Of a stretch of DNA of 64,000 nucleotides, positions 62,275 through 64,000 are shown piece by piece. Positions within the stretch are counted from its first letter, which is position 1, and each line of letters begins with the position of its first letter. Position numbers and translations under genes: made by a program. Source of the DNA: Octopus sinensis. Lineage: Eukaryota. The stretch spans positions 10,912,001 to 10,976,000 of the forward strand of contig NC_043007.1 of NCBI RefSeq assembly GCF_006345805.1. The letters are read 5' to 3'. Under the pieces are notes generated by a model that did no database searches, had not been told where the DNA came from, and saw only the letters and a list, made by a program, of their open reading frames with translations.

Positions 62275-62577
62275 AACATTATTGGTGAATTGAAGACCCG
62301 TTAAATTCTTCAGCCACCGGTTCTCAACATACACTGATAAACAGTTTCGCCATGGGCTCTTAGGAGCATAGTTCGATTTGTTTTTGCTCCGCCTCTGTTC
62401 TGTTTTTGTTTTTCCAACGGATTTCCTATTTTCTTCCTGAAGAGAAAGACACAATATGGTCCCATTATTCAATCGGATTTTGGTAATTTGTGCCTTTCGA
62501 AACACGTGTAGAATGAAATAAAACGATTTCTGTTCAATCTGCGTTCAGCTCCATTTCTTCAATTCACCAATAATGTT
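62275..62577 (+). mobile_element. Penelope-like terminal repeat bounded by a perfect 22-bp inverted repeat
   Basis: AACATTATTGGTGAATTGAAGA (62275-62296) and TCTTCAATTCACCAATAATGTT (62556-62577). Confidence 0.6.
62434..62513 (+). ncRNA. Type I hammerhead ribozyme with an intact catalytic core
   Basis: UUC-CUGAAGA-GAAAGACACAA..UUGUGCCUUUC-GAA-ACACGUGU-A-GAA, cleavage predicted after GUA (62510). Confidence 0.75.
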
Positions 62578-62597
62578 ATATATATATATATATATAT

Positions 62598-62716
62598 ATC
62601 ACCGTGATCACCGTGACCGACCAGGCTGTCAGATGTTGTTACACATCGCTGGTCACAATGCGCTTCACATTGACTTAGCCTTCAAATGACGCCACCCCGC
62701 TGGCTAAGCGAGCACG
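62598..62716 (-). mobile_element. 3' tail of SINE C (CACGGTGAT type)
   Basis: Reverse complement of 26925-27035. Confidence 0.85.
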
Positions 62717-63294
62717 CCAATATAAATATATATATATATATATATATATGTCTGTGTGTGTCTGTGTTGCCCAGCATTCATCAGCCGTGTCTTTCATATA
62801 TTTAAAATATATTCCCAAATACCATTCCTTTTCCTTGCTGATGTTCTTGAATCAGCAACTTGCTCTTTCTTGAATCAACACGTAAGTTTTTGTTATTATT
62901 ATTCGTATGTGAATTACTCAATAATTTAGGATTCCTCCATTTCTTTCAATATTTAGTCCCTAAGGTCACATACAATTTTCTTTTCATTTCAATTTCAGCC
63001 AGACTCCCATTCTCGTTGCAAAATGCTTGAGATAGACATATCGATTAAAAAATGTACATGTATATTAATTTAGTATTAATATTTTAACGATAATAATAAT
63101 AATTATTATTAAATACTACAGCTTCCCTTCCACGCCCGTACTAGCTATATGGTGTGTAAGCTTCGTTTACACAAGGGCTGCTCAAAATCCATTTTGCACA
63201 CCTGTTATGAACACCCACCCTCATCTACCACCACAATTTTAATTTGTACATAAACATTTTCACCTAGCAACTCATATGCTTCATGTGCTGTGTA

Positions 63295-63572
63295 TCATCA
63301 TCATCATCATCATCGTTTAACGTCCGTTTTCCGCGCTAGCATGGGTTGGACGGCTCGACCGGGGTCTGGGAAGCCAGGAGGCTGCACTAGGCTCCAGTCT
63401 GATCTGGTAGTGTTTCTACAGCTGGATGCCCTTCCTAACGCCAACCACTCCATGAGTGTAGTGGGTGCTTTTTACGTGCCACCGGCACAAGTGCCAGGGG
63501 AGTCTGGCAGCGGCCACGATCGGTTGGTGCTTTTAACGTGCCACCGGCACGGAAGCCAGTCAAGGCGGCGCT
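63295..63572 (-). mobile_element. Family D element
   Basis: Diagnostic terminal module plus two subunits. Confidence 0.88.
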
Positions 63573-64000
63573 GTGTATGTGGATACATATTTTTTAAGCA
63601 CACCCTTATACCCGCTCCTTGTTACTCTCATACAAGGGCCCTGATGTGTGTAGTATACAGTTGAATATTTAGACATATAATACTTAAACTGCCCTATGTA
63701 GCCACTCTATTCTCATATCCACTTGTTGGTTCTTGCTCAGGATGTTGGACGAGGTGGGGAAGACTGTGGTTTATTGTAATTCACCGAATAAACCCTGTAT
63801 CAAAGCTCTATGCAAACTTACCACAACTACCTTACCACAACCAATCCCAAGTATTCAATCTCAGGGACCCCTACCATCAATGTTGACACAATGAAAAGAA
63901 GGAGTGGGGAGAGTGTTGAAATGTTAGACGGATTCCATGTTAATGTATGTTGTGTACAAGAAGTTCAATTCCTTATGGGTAAGAGACAGAGATTCAAATT

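Noticed and set aside
62170-62505. 111-aa minus-strand ORF
   Set aside because: No recognisable motif. It is antisense to a hammerhead-bearing terminal repeat.

Overview
This is repeat-saturated, AT-rich animal genomic DNA, most likely an Octopus-type cephalopod (inferred from the SINE, LINE and microsatellite complement). No host protein-coding gene can be established. Most ORFs in the track are translations of microsatellites, and I see only a few weak exon or promoter candidates. The real coding content is transposon-derived. There are four copies of an RTE-clade LINE: one near-full-length copy has an APE endonuclease, RT and a PHD-type C4HC3 finger inside the RT region, and the two long truncated copies share the finger. 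There are also BovB-like RTE fragments, R4/Dong-like restriction-endonuclease retrotransposon fragments, Penelope-like relics, and mariner, maT (DD37D) and Chapaev-like DNA transposon relics. Non-coding repeats include piggyBac-type MITEs and several tRNA-derived SINE families. The notable structures are: (1) a 60-unit, 19-bp tandem array amplified from a mariner terminal inverted repeat; (2) at least four sequence families of minimal type I hammerhead ribozyme motifs with palindromic stem III, one with a perfect core; (3) an alternating A/B array of 60-bp twin-hairpin units in a LINE 3'UTR; (4) a degenerate 27-bp (9-codon) repeat; and (5) apparent (TA)n and (TAA)n target preferences. Coordinates were counted by eye, and ends of degenerate repeats are approximate.
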